From: a virus
IMG/VR virus record: IMGVR_UViG_3300032304_001168
Reading direction: 5' to 3' (one strand)
Length of the DNA stretch: 64,000 bases
Part shown: piece after piece, positions 39,852 through 50,129 of the stretch
Layout of the letters: each line of letters opens with the position of its first letter
Position numbering within the stretch: position 1 is the stretch's first letter
The notes under the pieces: model-generated
Seen by the model: only the letters and a program-made list of their open reading frames with translations
Told to the model about the DNA's origin: nothing
The model's database searches: none
Program-made: the position numbers and the translations under genes

Positions 39852-40918
39852 AATTCTATGTTTTTAAATATATGTGTTATTACATCAACTGTCCATCCAT
39901 TACCTAACATCTTTCTTGCTTGACTATCACTTACAACATTAGTATATCCATCAGGTATTGTTTGTAGTCTTTCCATTTCAATTCGATAAAGTTTTCTGTA
40001 TTTCCAAGTTGGGTCAACAATATAATCCAATGGACTTTCAACGGTAACTAAACAATTTCCTTTGTTATTTTTATTTGGGACATACATCTTAAATTCTTTA
40101 CTCCTTGGAGTTGAATCTCTACCAGTTTCAATTCTTATTTTTCTCCTCATTTCTTTACCCTCCTTAGTTCTAGTTTCATAAAATGAAAATGGTACTTCGT
40201 TTGATAAATCTATATTAACTCTTTTTCCATTATTAGCATATAGTGTTACAATACCATCATCATTAATGGTTATAGGACTACCATAAGATTTAGTTAATGA
40301 ATCTATTTTTTCATCAATAGTCATATTACAGGGGTCATCAACAATGATATCTTTTAAAGTAATTTCTTTGTCTATTGGTTGATTAATATTTGGAATATTA
40401 GTCCAATATAATCTTCTTCTATTTTGGGCCGATACCAAAGTTGAGTTTATTTCAATTGGTTCTAATCCCAATACATTGTTTATTATGGTTTCCCACTTCT
40501 TTAACATTTTAACATTTTCTAATAAAAAATATTTTGGTTTAACTTCTTTTAATAGTCTTACATATTCCCAAAACAAATATGATTGTCCTTGAAAGTTAAA
40601 TCCATTTCTTTTTAAATCCAAATATTGTTCTAATGTTAATATTTCAATATCTTCTTTTGTTGACATCCCTTTCATCTTACCAGCAAATGAAAGATTTTGA
40701 CAGGGTAATCCACCACACATTAATGTAATTGTTGGTAAATCACTCCCATTTATTTGTGTAATATCCCCCAATTGAATCGTGTTAGGATAGTTGTGTTGGG
40801 TTACTTTGATACTATGTTTATCTACCTCAGATGCGTAATAATTATCATATTTAATTCCAGCACGATTCAATGCGATTTGTCCACAACTCATCCCATCAAA
40901 AAGACTCAGTACATTCAT
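39848..40918 (-). CDS. C5 cytosine DNA methyltransferase
   Basis: SLFDG, GLPCQ, ENV, QNRRR, GNGW; longer target-recognition region. Confidence 0.93.
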   Translation of the reverse strand: MNVLSLFDGMSCGQIALNRAGIKYDNYYASEVDKHSIKVTQHNYPNTIQLGDITQINGSDLPTITLMCGGLPCQNLSFAGKMKGMSTKEDIEILTLEQYLDLKRNGFNFQGQSYLFWEYVRLLKEVKPKYFLLENVKMLKKWETIINNVLGLEPIEINSTLVSAQNRRRLYWTNIPNINQPIDKEITLKDIIVDDPCNMTIDEKIDSLTKSYGSPITINDDGIVTLYANNGKRVNIDLSNEVPFSFYETRTKEGKEMRRKIRIETGRDSTPRSKEFKMYVPNKNNKGNCLVTVESPLDYIVDPTWKYRKLYRIEMERLQTIPDGYTNVVSDSQARKMLGNGWTVDVITHIFKNIEL

Positions 40919-41163
40919 TTATTCTCCAATTGATTTATATGATGTTGGAGATAAAACATTGCTTTCTTTAAATCTTCCAATTCTTTATTGGGGTCTTTCT
41001 TTCCAGCTCTACTAATATATTTTACAGTATTACCCAAAGCAAATCCTAGTTGCCAAACATCAATCACCTTAATTGCTTCATAAACATTATTATCACCAAA
41101 TTGATAATGTTTTGGGTGGTTTACCATTTCTTTATTTTCCCAAGTTTTCATTAAGGTCTCCAT
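40915..41163 (-). CDS. DUF3310 family protein
   Basis: VNHPKHY..EAI..GFALGNTVKYISRAGKK..EDLKKA. Confidence 0.85.
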   Translation of the reverse strand: METLMKTWENKEMVNHPKHYQFGDNNVYEAIKVIDVWQLGFALGNTVKYISRAGKKDPNKELEDLKKAMFYLQHHINQLENK

Positions 41164-41357
41164 TTTTGATAAGTTGTTTTATTTTGTTTGATATTATCTT
41201 CAACATTCTTTTGACTATCAATTAATTTTTCCAAGGTTTCATCAAGTAAACTATTTCCCTTTTCTTTTTCTAAAAGGTAGTGTGATAATTGAATAATTTT
41301 TGTTTCTTTCCAACCTTTTCCATCGGTTAGAGTCATTCTTAGTTTAAGGTTTTCCAT
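41151..41357 (-). CDS. Hypothetical protein
   Basis: 68 aa. Confidence 0.6.
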   Translation of the reverse strand: MENLKLRMTLTDGKGWKETKIIQLSHYLLEKEKGNSLLDETLEKLIDSQKNVEDNIKQNKTTYQKWRP

Positions 41358-41399
41358 TTTTTTAAAAAAAATATATAAAATTTATTTTTACTAATCAAA

Positions 41400-42101
41400 T
41401 TATCTTATTGCTAAGTTTTTTGTTTGTAATACATATGACATAACCTTTCTCTTGAATAATGGAATTAGGGTTTCTTCCATTGGTACATCTTTTTCGCAAT
41501 GAAGATAAAAAGAGGGTAACTTATTATCAATTGAATGAATATGTTTTAACAAATCATTCTCAAGTTTTTCCTCAATATTGAAGGTGTTATAACCTTTATA
41601 CTTTCTAATATTGTACTCCCAAATCTTGATTATTTGGTTAGATTTGGTATAGAAATAACCTTTCTTAGATGTTAAATTGTCTTCATTATATATTGATACA
41701 ATTTCTATTGTGTCATATACAACTATCCATATTGATTTGATAATATCAAAATAATCTTGGAGTTTGGATAAACTATATTCCAATATAATTTTGAGTTCGT
41801 TTAATTCGGTGACTTTGAGTGGGGGTAAATCTTTTGTTTTTAAATCAATAAAAGTTAACTCATCATCATAACTGGTGAGTTTCTTATCTGTATATAATAT
41901 TTTATTATTTTTGATGATGTTTTGGACATTAGCAAGATGTAGTGTTATTTCGGTAAACATAGGATAGACTTTCATCTCTTCCAATTGTTTATTCAATTTT
42001 TGGAAATAACCTAATAAAACATATTGTTTCTGTTCTGCGTCTATGACTCCATCAAATATCCAATCTGTGTCCATCACAAACTTTAATTTATTTTTTCTCA
42101 T
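41400..42101 (-). CDS. Hypothetical protein (IDAEQKQYVLLGY motif)
   Basis: 233 aa. Confidence 0.75.
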   Translation of the reverse strand: MRKNKLKFVMDTDWIFDGVIDAEQKQYVLLGYFQKLNKQLEEMKVYPMFTEITLHLANVQNIIKNNKILYTDKKLTSYDDELTFIDLKTKDLPPLKVTELNELKIILEYSLSKLQDYFDIIKSIWIVVYDTIEIVSIYNEDNLTSKKGYFYTKSNQIIKIWEYNIRKYKGYNTFNIEEKLENDLLKHIHSIDNKLPSFYLHCEKDVPMEETLIPLFKRKVMSYVLQTKNLAIR

Positions 42102-42135
42102 ATTAAAATATAATTAAAGTTTTTTAAAAAATAAA

Positions 42136-43494
42136 TTAATTTGTTCTTACGACAACAAAATTGTATCTATTGCCATCAGGTCCTGTTATATAAACATCAT
42201 CATAACTTCCATCATAACTTGATATTGTGCCAATACCATCATGATCAACAATATCTTCAGCGACTCCTCTCACATTAACATAATATTTGATATTATAATC
42301 CATGCCCATACTTTTTAACCAATAAACAGGGTCTTCCATAGCTCTTCTAACATTTTGACTTACTTTTTTTTCAATCATTTCCTCTGTTGGTTCATCGTCA
42401 GGTTCAATACTATCCAATTCGTTTTGTAATTCTTCTATTTGTTGTTCCAAGTCAGTAATTTCATCTTCCTCTTGCGTATTTTCTAATTGTTCTTGTAAAT
42501 CACTTATTTGATTCTCTAAAACTTCTTTTCTTTCCTCTTGTTCATCAGTTAGTTCATAATCGTCAGCAAAATAACTTTCTGGATCGTCTCTTATATCGTT
42601 ATCATAGAACTCCTCAATATATTCCCTAATACTATCTTCATCAAGATTACTCTCTATTAAACTTTGACTTATATCATCCAATCCAACATCATCCAATAAT
42701 TGTTCTGTATTTTCAATTGCCGCTTCATACATATCATCATATGTTCCAACCATATATTCTTCATTTCTCAATCCAATAACCTCAAAATTGTATAATGTTC
42801 CATAAGATTTATAATTTGTTGGAATTATATAATAAACATCAGCATAGTTTTCTTGTAATTCTTTTATTTCATCTTCTATACTATCTATTTCTTCATACAA
42901 TTCATCTCTTTCTTCAGAATCTGATTCTAATCCTCCTCCTTGTTGAATAAGCTCTTCTATTCTTTCTAATTTATTTTTTATTAATTCTTTGGTTTCTTCA
43001 TCCATTTCATCTAGTTTATTCTCACTAACTAAATGGTCAAATAAAGCATTTGCGGCCAATCCTTCTTCATCAATGTTTGGATTAGTCAAATCCCAATCAT
43101 TATCTTCTCTTCTTGATTCAGCATCATCCAATTTTTTTAACTCTTCTTGTCTAATTCTTTTAGCTTCAATTGGTGAGCCATAATCCGAGATATGTCCTTT
43201 AACTTGAACTCCCTCGACACTAGAAATATTTGTATCCCTTATATCCAAATTCCCATCAATATAAGCAATATTACCCAATGTTTTAATTGGTTTACCACTT
43301 AAATCCAAATTACCAGTAACATATAATTTTTTACCCTCAAAGAATTTTGGTTTTAAAGCCGCACTTGAATAAGATGCCAATTCCAATATATTCAATAGTT
43401 CTTCTGGGCTTATTTTATAATATTCCTCTTCTTGTTCTTTTATAACTTTAATCAAGTGTTTAAACTGACCTTGACTTAATATAATTTTTCTCAT
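42136..43494 (-). CDS. Leader-bearing protein: short LRR + very acidic coiled-coil region
   Basis: MRKIILSQGQFKHLIKVIKE; GNLDLSGKPIKTLGNIAYIDGNLDI. Confidence 0.75.
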   Translation of the reverse strand: MRKIILSQGQFKHLIKVIKEQEEEYYKISPEELLNILELASYSSAALKPKFFEGKKLYVTGNLDLSGKPIKTLGNIAYIDGNLDIRDTNISSVEGVQVKGHISDYGSPIEAKRIRQEELKKLDDAESRREDNDWDLTNPNIDEEGLAANALFDHLVSENKLDEMDEETKELIKNKLERIEELIQQGGGLESDSEERDELYEEIDSIEDEIKELQENYADVYYIIPTNYKSYGTLYNFEVIGLRNEEYMVGTYDDMYEAAIENTEQLLDDVGLDDISQSLIESNLDEDSIREYIEEFYDNDIRDDPESYFADDYELTDEQEERKEVLENQISDLQEQLENTQEEDEITDLEQQIEELQNELDSIEPDDEPTEEMIEKKVSQNVRRAMEDPVYWLKSMGMDYNIKYYVNVRGVAEDIVDHDGIGTISSYDGSYDDVYITGPDGNRYNFVVVRTN

Positions 43495-43587
43495 ATTAAT
43501 ATATATTCAATTATTATTTACATAATATAAATAGTTTAGATATTTATTAATGAATAATATTCATAAAAAAAATAAAACTACTATCCA

Positions 43588-43731
43588 ATGAGCTGTGGCT
43601 GCAAAAACAAACAACCTCAACAACCTGCCCCTTCAACTTCAACTCCTGTAACACAAACTACTAATCAAACAAACAACAACATTCAGGAGTCTATCAAAAA
43701 AGTTGTAGAAAAATACTACACAAAAAAGTAA
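43588..43731 (+). CDS. Small protein MSCGCK.. (47 aa; not in ORF track)
   Basis: MSCGCKNKQPQQPAP..IQESIKKVVEKYYTKK; TATTTAT upstream, terminator hairpin at ~43760-43783. Confidence 0.65.
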   Translation: MSCGCKNKQPQQPAPSTSTPVTQTTNQTNNNIQESIKKVVEKYYTKK

Positions 43732-43835
43732 GATTTTATTTGGGGAGATTTAATTTAGAAGGGGACTATATGTCCCTTTTTTTATTTAACTATTTAATGT
43801 ATGATTTTTTTTACATATAAATTTAATAAAAAATT

Positions 43836-44660
43836 ATGAAATACATTAATACATTATCAAAAGAGGGATTGGTTAATCTATTTGCGGATTATATAATAAA
43901 AAACATTAATCCAATCCATAAATCACGTTTCCAAGTTATTGATTTTAAATCCTTTTTGGTTGTTTATGGTTCAACATCATCAGATGTTGTTATAGACTTA
44001 AATAAACTCAGAGATGAATTCATTGAAGAAAACAAAAAACTATTTGATTTTATAAATCTAAAAACTCTCAGTATCATTGACTTAATTGACTATAGAGAAC
44101 CAATTAGTCTAAATCAATATTATTTCACATATTATAAAAGTGATAGACCAATATACCACAAAGAAGTCATTAAAGAAGTTAATAGACAAACAAGCGAATA
44201 TAACAAAGAGTTCTTAAATAACATCAATTATACAAACAAACTTGAACTTGAATTCTATTCTCCATTCTTACCTGACAAGTTGAATATCTTTAATTCAACA
44301 AACTTTATGTCTGTCTCTTCATCATTCCCTTATGGTTATAGTCTAAATCTTGGTAGGAGAGAGTTTTATTATGGTGAGTATGTCTGTAATCATCTTTTTG
44401 ATATTTTGGTCACAGATGAGATATTATTCAAATATACAACCGATGTGGTTGAAGATGATTTAAATATTGATATTATTTGTGATTCAATTTATTCAAATAA
44501 AGATATTAAATCATTGGTGTTGGATGTATTTGATTTTAATTTAAATAAATTCTCAAATGAATACTTAAATGAATTTAATATTGATAGTGATATAAAAAAC
44601 CAACTAGATTCAAAACCTTGGTTGGTTAAAGATAGAATAAAAGATTTGATATTATTTTAA
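43836..44660 (+). CDS. Hypothetical protein, possibly degenerate MetK-like fold
   Basis: N- and C-terminal patterns loosely resemble SAM synthetase; catalytic motifs absent. Confidence 0.4.
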   Translation: MKYINTLSKEGLVNLFADYIIKNINPIHKSRFQVIDFKSFLVVYGSTSSDVVIDLNKLRDEFIEENKKLFDFINLKTLSIIDLIDYREPISLNQYYFTYYKSDRPIYHKEVIKEVNRQTSEYNKEFLNNINYTNKLELEFYSPFLPDKLNIFNSTNFMSVSSSFPYGYSLNLGRREFYYGEYVCNHLFDILVTDEILFKYTTDVVEDDLNIDIICDSIYSNKDIKSLVLDVFDFNLNKFSNEYLNEFNIDSDIKNQLDSKPWLVKDRIKDLILF

Positions 44661-44713
44661 ATGAAAAAACCCCATCTTTATTAGAGAGTGGGGTTAATTT
44701 TTTTGATGTTTTT

Positions 44714-45049
44714 TTACATATCTTTTAACATATCGTCAATCATTGTAATTGTATCAAAAGTTTTTTCAGACCAACTTCTTTTTCCAATTAAATCATTCAA
44801 CTTTCTTGTAATGTCTCTTACAGCCTTTCTCATAATCATATGTTGTCTGTCTGAACCTCCACCAAAAGCTGGTTTTTCTATTTCAGAGAAATCTTCATCT
44901 TCTAAATCATAAGATGTAAATTCTTCTGGTGGTGTACCTGTTGGTTTCCATCCACTTTCTTTTTTGTCTATGAAATCTCTTAATTCATTAATTGACCTTT
45001 TAACCAATCTAGTTAAATCTCTTTCAGTTAATCTTACTATTTTTTTCAT
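44714..45049 (-). CDS. Hypothetical protein with MKKIVRLTERDLTRLVKRSINE leader
   Basis: 111 aa; TATTTAT upstream. Confidence 0.75.
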   Translation of the reverse strand: MKKIVRLTERDLTRLVKRSINELRDFIDKKESGWKPTGTPPEEFTSYDLEDEDFSEIEKPAFGGGSDRQHMIMRKAVRDITRKLNDLIGKRSWSEKTFDTITMIDDMLKDM

Positions 45050-45111
45050 TGTATTTTTTTTTAAATTAATTTATTTCCATATAAATATCTATCAAAAAAA
45101 AAAAAACACTT

Positions 45112-45408
45112 TTACAAAATAAATTTTTTGATTATTTCCAATCCTTCATTCAATTCATTGAAATCAACTTCTGGTGCAAATAACATTGGTATTGGTTCAT
45201 CACTTTCACTTTCATCCACCAACATAAATGCCGGTACATAATCTTTTCCTGTTATTTCAACAAACATATCAAATTCATCCGAGTATTCATTTATATCCCT
45301 ATCATAGAATTCAATGTTATTTTCATTTAACATATCTTTGAAGTCTGTACAATGGGGGCATCCCTTCATCGTATATAATATGACTAACTTATTATCCATT
45401 GATGACAT
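45112..45408 (-). CDS. Glutaredoxin-like protein
   Basis: YTMKGCPHC..YVP. Confidence 0.85.
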   Translation of the reverse strand: MSSMDNKLVILYTMKGCPHCTDFKDMLNENNIEFYDRDINEYSDEFDMFVEITGKDYVPAFMLVDESESDEPIPMLFAPEVDFNELNEGLEIIKKFIL

Positions 45409-45700
45409 TGTTGATTATTGATTTTAATTCATTCTCAGATAACATACCAGGTTTTGAAAACATTTCAACACCATTACTGAATAGTTTAGTGGTGGGTACA
45501 GCTCTAATACCCAATTCAATAGCATATTCACCATCTTGTTCAACATCCATTATATACATAGGTATATTGACTGACTCAGATACTTTCCCAAATGTGGGTT
45601 TATATATCTTGCAGGGTCCGCACCATTGGGCCGTCCAGGCTACCATAATAGTCTCCCCAGCTTCAATTTTTGATTTTAATTCTTGTCCTGTAATTTCCAT
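45392..45700 (-). CDS. trxA: Thioredoxin
   Basis: WCGPCK; IRAVPT. Confidence 0.88.
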   Translation of the reverse strand: MEITGQELKSKIEAGETIMVAWTAQWCGPCKIYKPTFGKVSESVNIPMYIMDVEQDGEYAIELGIRAVPTTKLFSNGVEMFSKPGMLSENELKSIINNVING

Positions 45701-45712
45701 TTTTTTTAATTT

Positions 45713-46363
45713 TTAATCTTTCCACCTTGTTCCTTGTTTAATACTATAAATTGTATTAATGTTTATAGTGGGAAATAATTTATGAATATCAACAACTCTT
45801 TTTCCATCTAGCAGTAATTTTTTTATTTCATTTATTACGTTGATGTCATATTTTGATTTTTGTCTTTTAGTATTTTTTATTTTTTCACGAAGAATTATTT
45901 TTTGTTCTTCATTAAGAACTCTACCCCAACCTGCCATTTTTCTTTTTTCTCTTTCTTCTTGAGCTCTATTCCCATAAATTTCATCATAAGTTTTTCCTTT
46001 ATGAGACTTTCCATTTTTAACTGCTTCAGAGATTTTCACTCTAATTTCTGGTGAATGTTTATAACCTAGACAACCTTCACCACCAAGTGTAGAGTTTAAT
46101 CCATTTTCAAATGAATTGTATTCTTTAATCAGTTCTACTTCCCTTTCATAAATTTTTTCCAAAGAACATTCATCAATCAATTCAATAGTAAACTTCTCAA
46201 CACCATACTTCCTAATACTATTACATAATTTAGTATTAATATTTGTTTTTAAACAACGATAACAATGTTCTTCAAATCTATGTTTTAGGGTGTTTATCGT
46301 ACAACCAATATATAGACTATTATTTTCGTTATTTGTTATCTTATAAATTTTTCCATTTTCCAT
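45713..46363 (-). CDS. GIY-YIG homing endonuclease (NUMOD3-type)
   Basis: GKIYKITN..YIGCT..RFEEH..NSTLGGEG..HSPEIRVKIS. Confidence 0.88.
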   Translation of the reverse strand: MENGKIYKITNNENNSLYIGCTINTLKHRFEEHCYRCLKTNINTKLCNSIRKYGVEKFTIELIDECSLEKIYEREVELIKEYNSFENGLNSTLGGEGCLGYKHSPEIRVKISEAVKNGKSHKGKTYDEIYGNRAQEEREKRKMAGWGRVLNEEQKIILREKIKNTKRQKSKYDINVINEIKKLLLDGKRVVDIHKLFPTININTIYSIKQGTRWKD

Positions 46364-46412
46364 ACGACATAGTGTTTATTATAAATATCACCAAGTAGTA
46401 TAAAAAACCATT

Positions 46413-46727
46413 TTATTTGTTAAGTTTTATTAAATTATGTAATGTAAACTCCGCAACATTCAATCTATCTGTTGTGGTAAAAATAAATATATCAATACCT
46501 TCTTCTATGTAAATAAGAATTCCACTTGGGTCATATTCAACCAATTTTTCAAATTCAACTATTTTGTTATCAATAACCTTCTTATTGGTAAATATTAAAT
46601 GAGATTTACTTAAAAATTTATCCAAGTTTTCTTTGGATATCTTTTCATTTTTTATATATAAAGAAGATGGTATTTGTTTGTATCTTTCTTTAAAAATATC
46701 TTGTATTTTAGTATGGTATTTCATCAA
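46413..46727 (-). CDS. Hypothetical protein
   Basis: 104 aa. Confidence 0.65.
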   Translation of the reverse strand: MMKYHTKIQDIFKERYKQIPSSLYIKNEKISKENLDKFLSKSHLIFTNKKVIDNKIVEFEKLVEYDPSGILIYIEEGIDIFIFTTTDRLNVAEFTLHNLIKLNK

Positions 46728-48438
46728 TTTCTAATGTTGGTGATTTTGTTCCTTTAATATCATAAATTTCTCTATTAGAAAAATATAAGGCTTTATTAAT
46801 TGTTTTTATTCCCCTCTGTCCTGGTCTCATTGCATATTCAAGACTATCTCTAAACTCCAATTCACTATACAATGTTTTTTTACCAAAACTAACTTCAAAG
46901 GTGGGTAATTTAAAAATACCATTGATTAAACAATATTCAACTCTATTATCCAATGCTTTTAATATTTCATCCCAACTAACATCCAAAACTTTATTGAATC
47001 TACCTAGTGATTGAACTCTGATTAAATTAACATCATCATTATCCCCAGTTATTCTATATTCAACTGACGCTCGTTCTTTATCTTCCATTCTTATTATTGA
47101 TAATATAATTGATTCTGGTCTACTTGCATAAGTTCTAACACAATTTGATTGGATAAAACTTTCAACGTTATATTCTTTATTATTAACTAGTATGATTGGG
47201 TGATATCCTAATATTGGTTCTTCTATAATTTTTTTGAATTCTTCATTGTAATATCTATTGTATGTTGCGGTTTGATATGAACCAAATTTCTCTGACCATT
47301 CAAAATGTTCCTCCATAAATTTTTCATATGTGTTGGATTGCCAATTTACTGGTTCTAAATTATGCAATCTATTCTTGGTCATTACGTGGTCTATAAATGT
47401 GTTAAAATTTATTTCACCAATCATAACCATTTTAAAAACCTCAAAACAATTTTTGATTTCTTTCTTGGTGAAATTATTAAGATGTAAATGTATGTTCCAC
47501 CCTTGAAAATTAAAATTGCAATTTGATTCAATAATTTTTTTAATGAGTTCATCATTTTGTGATAACATAAAATCATTCCCAAATAATCTTAAAACAAATC
47601 TAAACATAAGAATACCTGACGTTGAATTAACCATATGGAGAACTCTTTTTATCTTGTCACCACTTAGTTCATTAAATGTCATATAAGTGTCCACAAACTT
47701 GTTTTTGTGCTTTCTAAAGTCCTTTAGTTTAATCTGGGGATAAGTTCTTTCAAAACACATCCAATTGTTTGGAGTTTTAATATTATGTCCATCCAAATAT
47801 TTTTTATATAATCTATCATCTGGGTCTTTGATGGAATTATCCAATCCTGGTATATTGTTAAAGAATATTTCAAAAGCTCTGTTAATTTCCAATTGCCAAT
47901 TATGTAAGTCATCAAAATTATCTGACTTTAATTGTCTTAATGCTGAACTTATAATATTTGAGAAAAGTTTTAAACTTTTATAATTCCATTTGTTTTTTGA
48001 AAAACTTTTTCCACATTTTTTCTTGTGATAGTTTGTTATAGTTCCAGTATATTTTGAATTCGTTTTGAAGTTATATGTGATATACTGACAAGTTGTGTTT
48101 TTTGTGAAAAATTTAACCCCAACATTTTTATTCAAGTTATATGTAAAATATTTCAATGAAACTTTCTCATCAGTTTTTGTAACCACTAAACGTATTTTAT
48201 CAAAAGATATTCTAGCTAAAATATTCTTCTTGTTTTCATCGTAACTTTCATCACCAAAACTTCTATTTAAGACATCATATTCGCGTCTAAACATATTTCG
48301 GTTTTTATAAAGATAAAATCCAATATCAGAGTCATCTGATTTATGATGACCTAGAATTTCTTCTTCACTTAACTCACATACATCTTTATGTATTACAACA
48401 CCTTTGCTTGTCTTTATAAAATCAAATAAAGTTTCCAT
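46708..48438 (-). CDS. PcfJ-like domain protein
   Basis: YNVESFIQSNCVRTY..IILSI..RASVEY..QSLGRFN. Confidence 0.7.
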   Translation of the reverse strand: METLFDFIKTSKGVVIHKDVCELSEEEILGHHKSDDSDIGFYLYKNRNMFRREYDVLNRSFGDESYDENKKNILARISFDKIRLVVTKTDEKVSLKYFTYNLNKNVGVKFFTKNTTCQYITYNFKTNSKYTGTITNYHKKKCGKSFSKNKWNYKSLKLFSNIISSALRQLKSDNFDDLHNWQLEINRAFEIFFNNIPGLDNSIKDPDDRLYKKYLDGHNIKTPNNWMCFERTYPQIKLKDFRKHKNKFVDTYMTFNELSGDKIKRVLHMVNSTSGILMFRFVLRLFGNDFMLSQNDELIKKIIESNCNFNFQGWNIHLHLNNFTKKEIKNCFEVFKMVMIGEINFNTFIDHVMTKNRLHNLEPVNWQSNTYEKFMEEHFEWSEKFGSYQTATYNRYYNEEFKKIIEEPILGYHPIILVNNKEYNVESFIQSNCVRTYASRPESIILSIIRMEDKERASVEYRITGDNDDVNLIRVQSLGRFNKVLDVSWDEILKALDNRVEYCLINGIFKLPTFEVSFGKKTLYSELEFRDSLEYAMRPGQRGIKTINKALYFSNREIYDIKGTKSPTLEIDEIPY

Positions 48439-48498
48439 ATATTTTTTTTCCTAACTATAATAAAAAAAAAGGGGAGTGTAAACTCCCCAATCTTAAAT

Positions 48499-49257
48499 TT
48501 AGTAGACAAATGTTTCGGCCAATTCCCAAAGTTTGGTGTTCATTTGGTTTGTTGCCATAATGTTTTTCAAACCTTTTAGGGATGTTTTGCGGCCAGTTTG
48601 ACTTATGTACTCAAGACCACCTCTAACAAATCTCTCCTGAAGGATATTGAATGTTGTCCAAAGGTCATCGTTGTTGTCTCCAAGTCTTTGAGGAGTAATC
48701 AATTCCTCCAATTCCTCATAATCAAGGAATGGTACTGAACCCATTCCCCACTTGATGATTGAAGCACTTTTTGCAAAGTCGATTTTCTCACCTTCGGTCA
48801 ACATTCTATCCATCATCTTATCAACTGAGTTTTGTATGATGGGGAGTTTCGTTGCAAAACTCTCGGTCAATCTTTTGACTTCTTCTGAGTCAAATCCCAT
48901 ATGTCTCACATTGAATTGCTCTGCTGTAGAAGTGGGCACAGTCAAACCATTGCTACATACAAGGCGGAATAATCCAGCACCCACTGTTAGAGTGGTCATA
49001 CCATTATGTGAGTTTTTAACAATGGCTTCAACCAAGGTGTCTCCAACCGCAGGTAGTTCACCATTTCTAAATCTCAATTCGTGTATACCATAAAGACCAG
49101 TACCATTCTGTTTTACGGATTTAAGTTCCCAACCCTCGTTGGTGAATTTCTCCATAATATCAATCGTTGGTACGAATGAATATTTTTTAGACATTTTTGG
49201 GTCAGCTGAAGTTGTGAATACTGCTGGGGCGATAGACTTAATTTCTTGGATTGTCAT
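48499..49257 (-). CDS. DUF932 family protein
   Basis: APAVF..MSKKYSFVPT..NSHNG..GLFRLVCSNG..DLWTTFN. Confidence 0.85.
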   Translation of the reverse strand: MTIQEIKSIAPAVFTTSADPKMSKKYSFVPTIDIMEKFTNEGWELKSVKQNGTGLYGIHELRFRNGELPAVGDTLVEAIVKNSHNGMTTLTVGAGLFRLVCSNGLTVPTSTAEQFNVRHMGFDSEEVKRLTESFATKLPIIQNSVDKMMDRMLTEGEKIDFAKSASIIKWGMGSVPFLDYEELEELITPQRLGDNNDDLWTTFNILQERFVRGGLEYISQTGRKTSLKGLKNIMATNQMNTKLWELAETFVY

Positions 49258-49262
49258 ATTGT

Positions 49263-49320
49263 TATATTTTTATTGGTTAACGATGGGTCAAAATTACGGA
49301 TTAGATTTCTAATTTCCAAA
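49263..49320 (-). promoter_or_regulatory. Duplicated Bacteroidota-type promoter/UTR module, copy 1
   Basis: 35-nt identity with 49785-49819; TTTGGAAATTAGAAA..TAATTTTG. Confidence 0.75.
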
Positions 49321-49564
49321 CTTTATTTACAAATCTTAAGAAAAAATTTCAACTTTGGTGGGTTTATAACCATAATTCATAATTATGGATGAAATCTCTC
49401 TGTCAGCCTCCTTTTCAGTCAATGGCTTTCTATTCAATTTAACATTTTGGTATTCCAAATTAAACATTTTCATATTCTTTGATTTTTTATAAGGTTATTC
49501 AATCAGTCATCAATTATATAAACCATATCACCCCACCATTAGTTCCAAGATGATTGGATTTTTT

Positions 49565-49780
49565 TTAAAGAGCTTTAAAACTACTTAGGAACTCATTTTT
49601 GGTCATACATAATAGTAATTCATAACAACTAACCATACGGGTACTAAAACTAATTTCTTCAGTCAAGAAAGTAACCACATCACCTTTTTTGACTTTCCTA
49701 CCCAAAAGACCTCCACCTAATTTACGAATATACAAAAAGTTGGTATCTATTACTGCTTCAAATTTTTGTCCTTTTGTCAT
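49565..49780 (-). CDS. Hypothetical protein
   Basis: 71 aa behind the duplicated promoter. Confidence 0.65.
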   Translation of the reverse strand: MTKGQKFEAVIDTNFLYIRKLGGGLLGRKVKKGDVVTFLTEEISFSTRMVSCYELLLCMTKNEFLSSFKAL

Positions 49781-49784
49781 AACA

Positions 49785-49842
49785 TATATTTTTATTGGTT
49801 AACGATGGGTCAAAATTACAAACTACTTTTCTAATTTCCAAA
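49785..49842 (-). promoter_or_regulatory. Duplicated Bacteroidota-type promoter/UTR module, copy 2
   Basis: Matches 49263-49320. Confidence 0.75.
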
Positions 49843-49843
49843 T

Positions 49844-50122
49844 TTAATTCAAAGAAATTAATCCAAATTTTGTTTGTTGGAATACCCCATTGGTTAAAGC
49901 AATTTTGACATCACCCTTCTTGAGCTTAACGACAATGTCAATCAGTTGTTTTTGTGATAATGTTATCTCATCACCATTATTATGGTTCTTATAACATTGT
50001 TCTTTTACCTTCTCATAAAAAACTTCTTTGAGGGTATCTCCAATTAACTCAAGCAGTTCATTTGGATTATTCTCAAAGAAGTTTATAAAGTTCTTAATGT
50101 ATATTTCAACATCGATGTTCAT
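49844..50122 (-). CDS. Hypothetical protein
   Basis: 92 aa. Confidence 0.7.
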   Translation of the reverse strand: MNIDVEIYIKNFINFFENNPNELLELIGDTLKEVFYEKVKEQCYKNHNNGDEITLSQKQLIDIVVKLKKGDVKIALTNGVFQQTKFGLISLN

Positions 50123-50129
50123 AATTATA

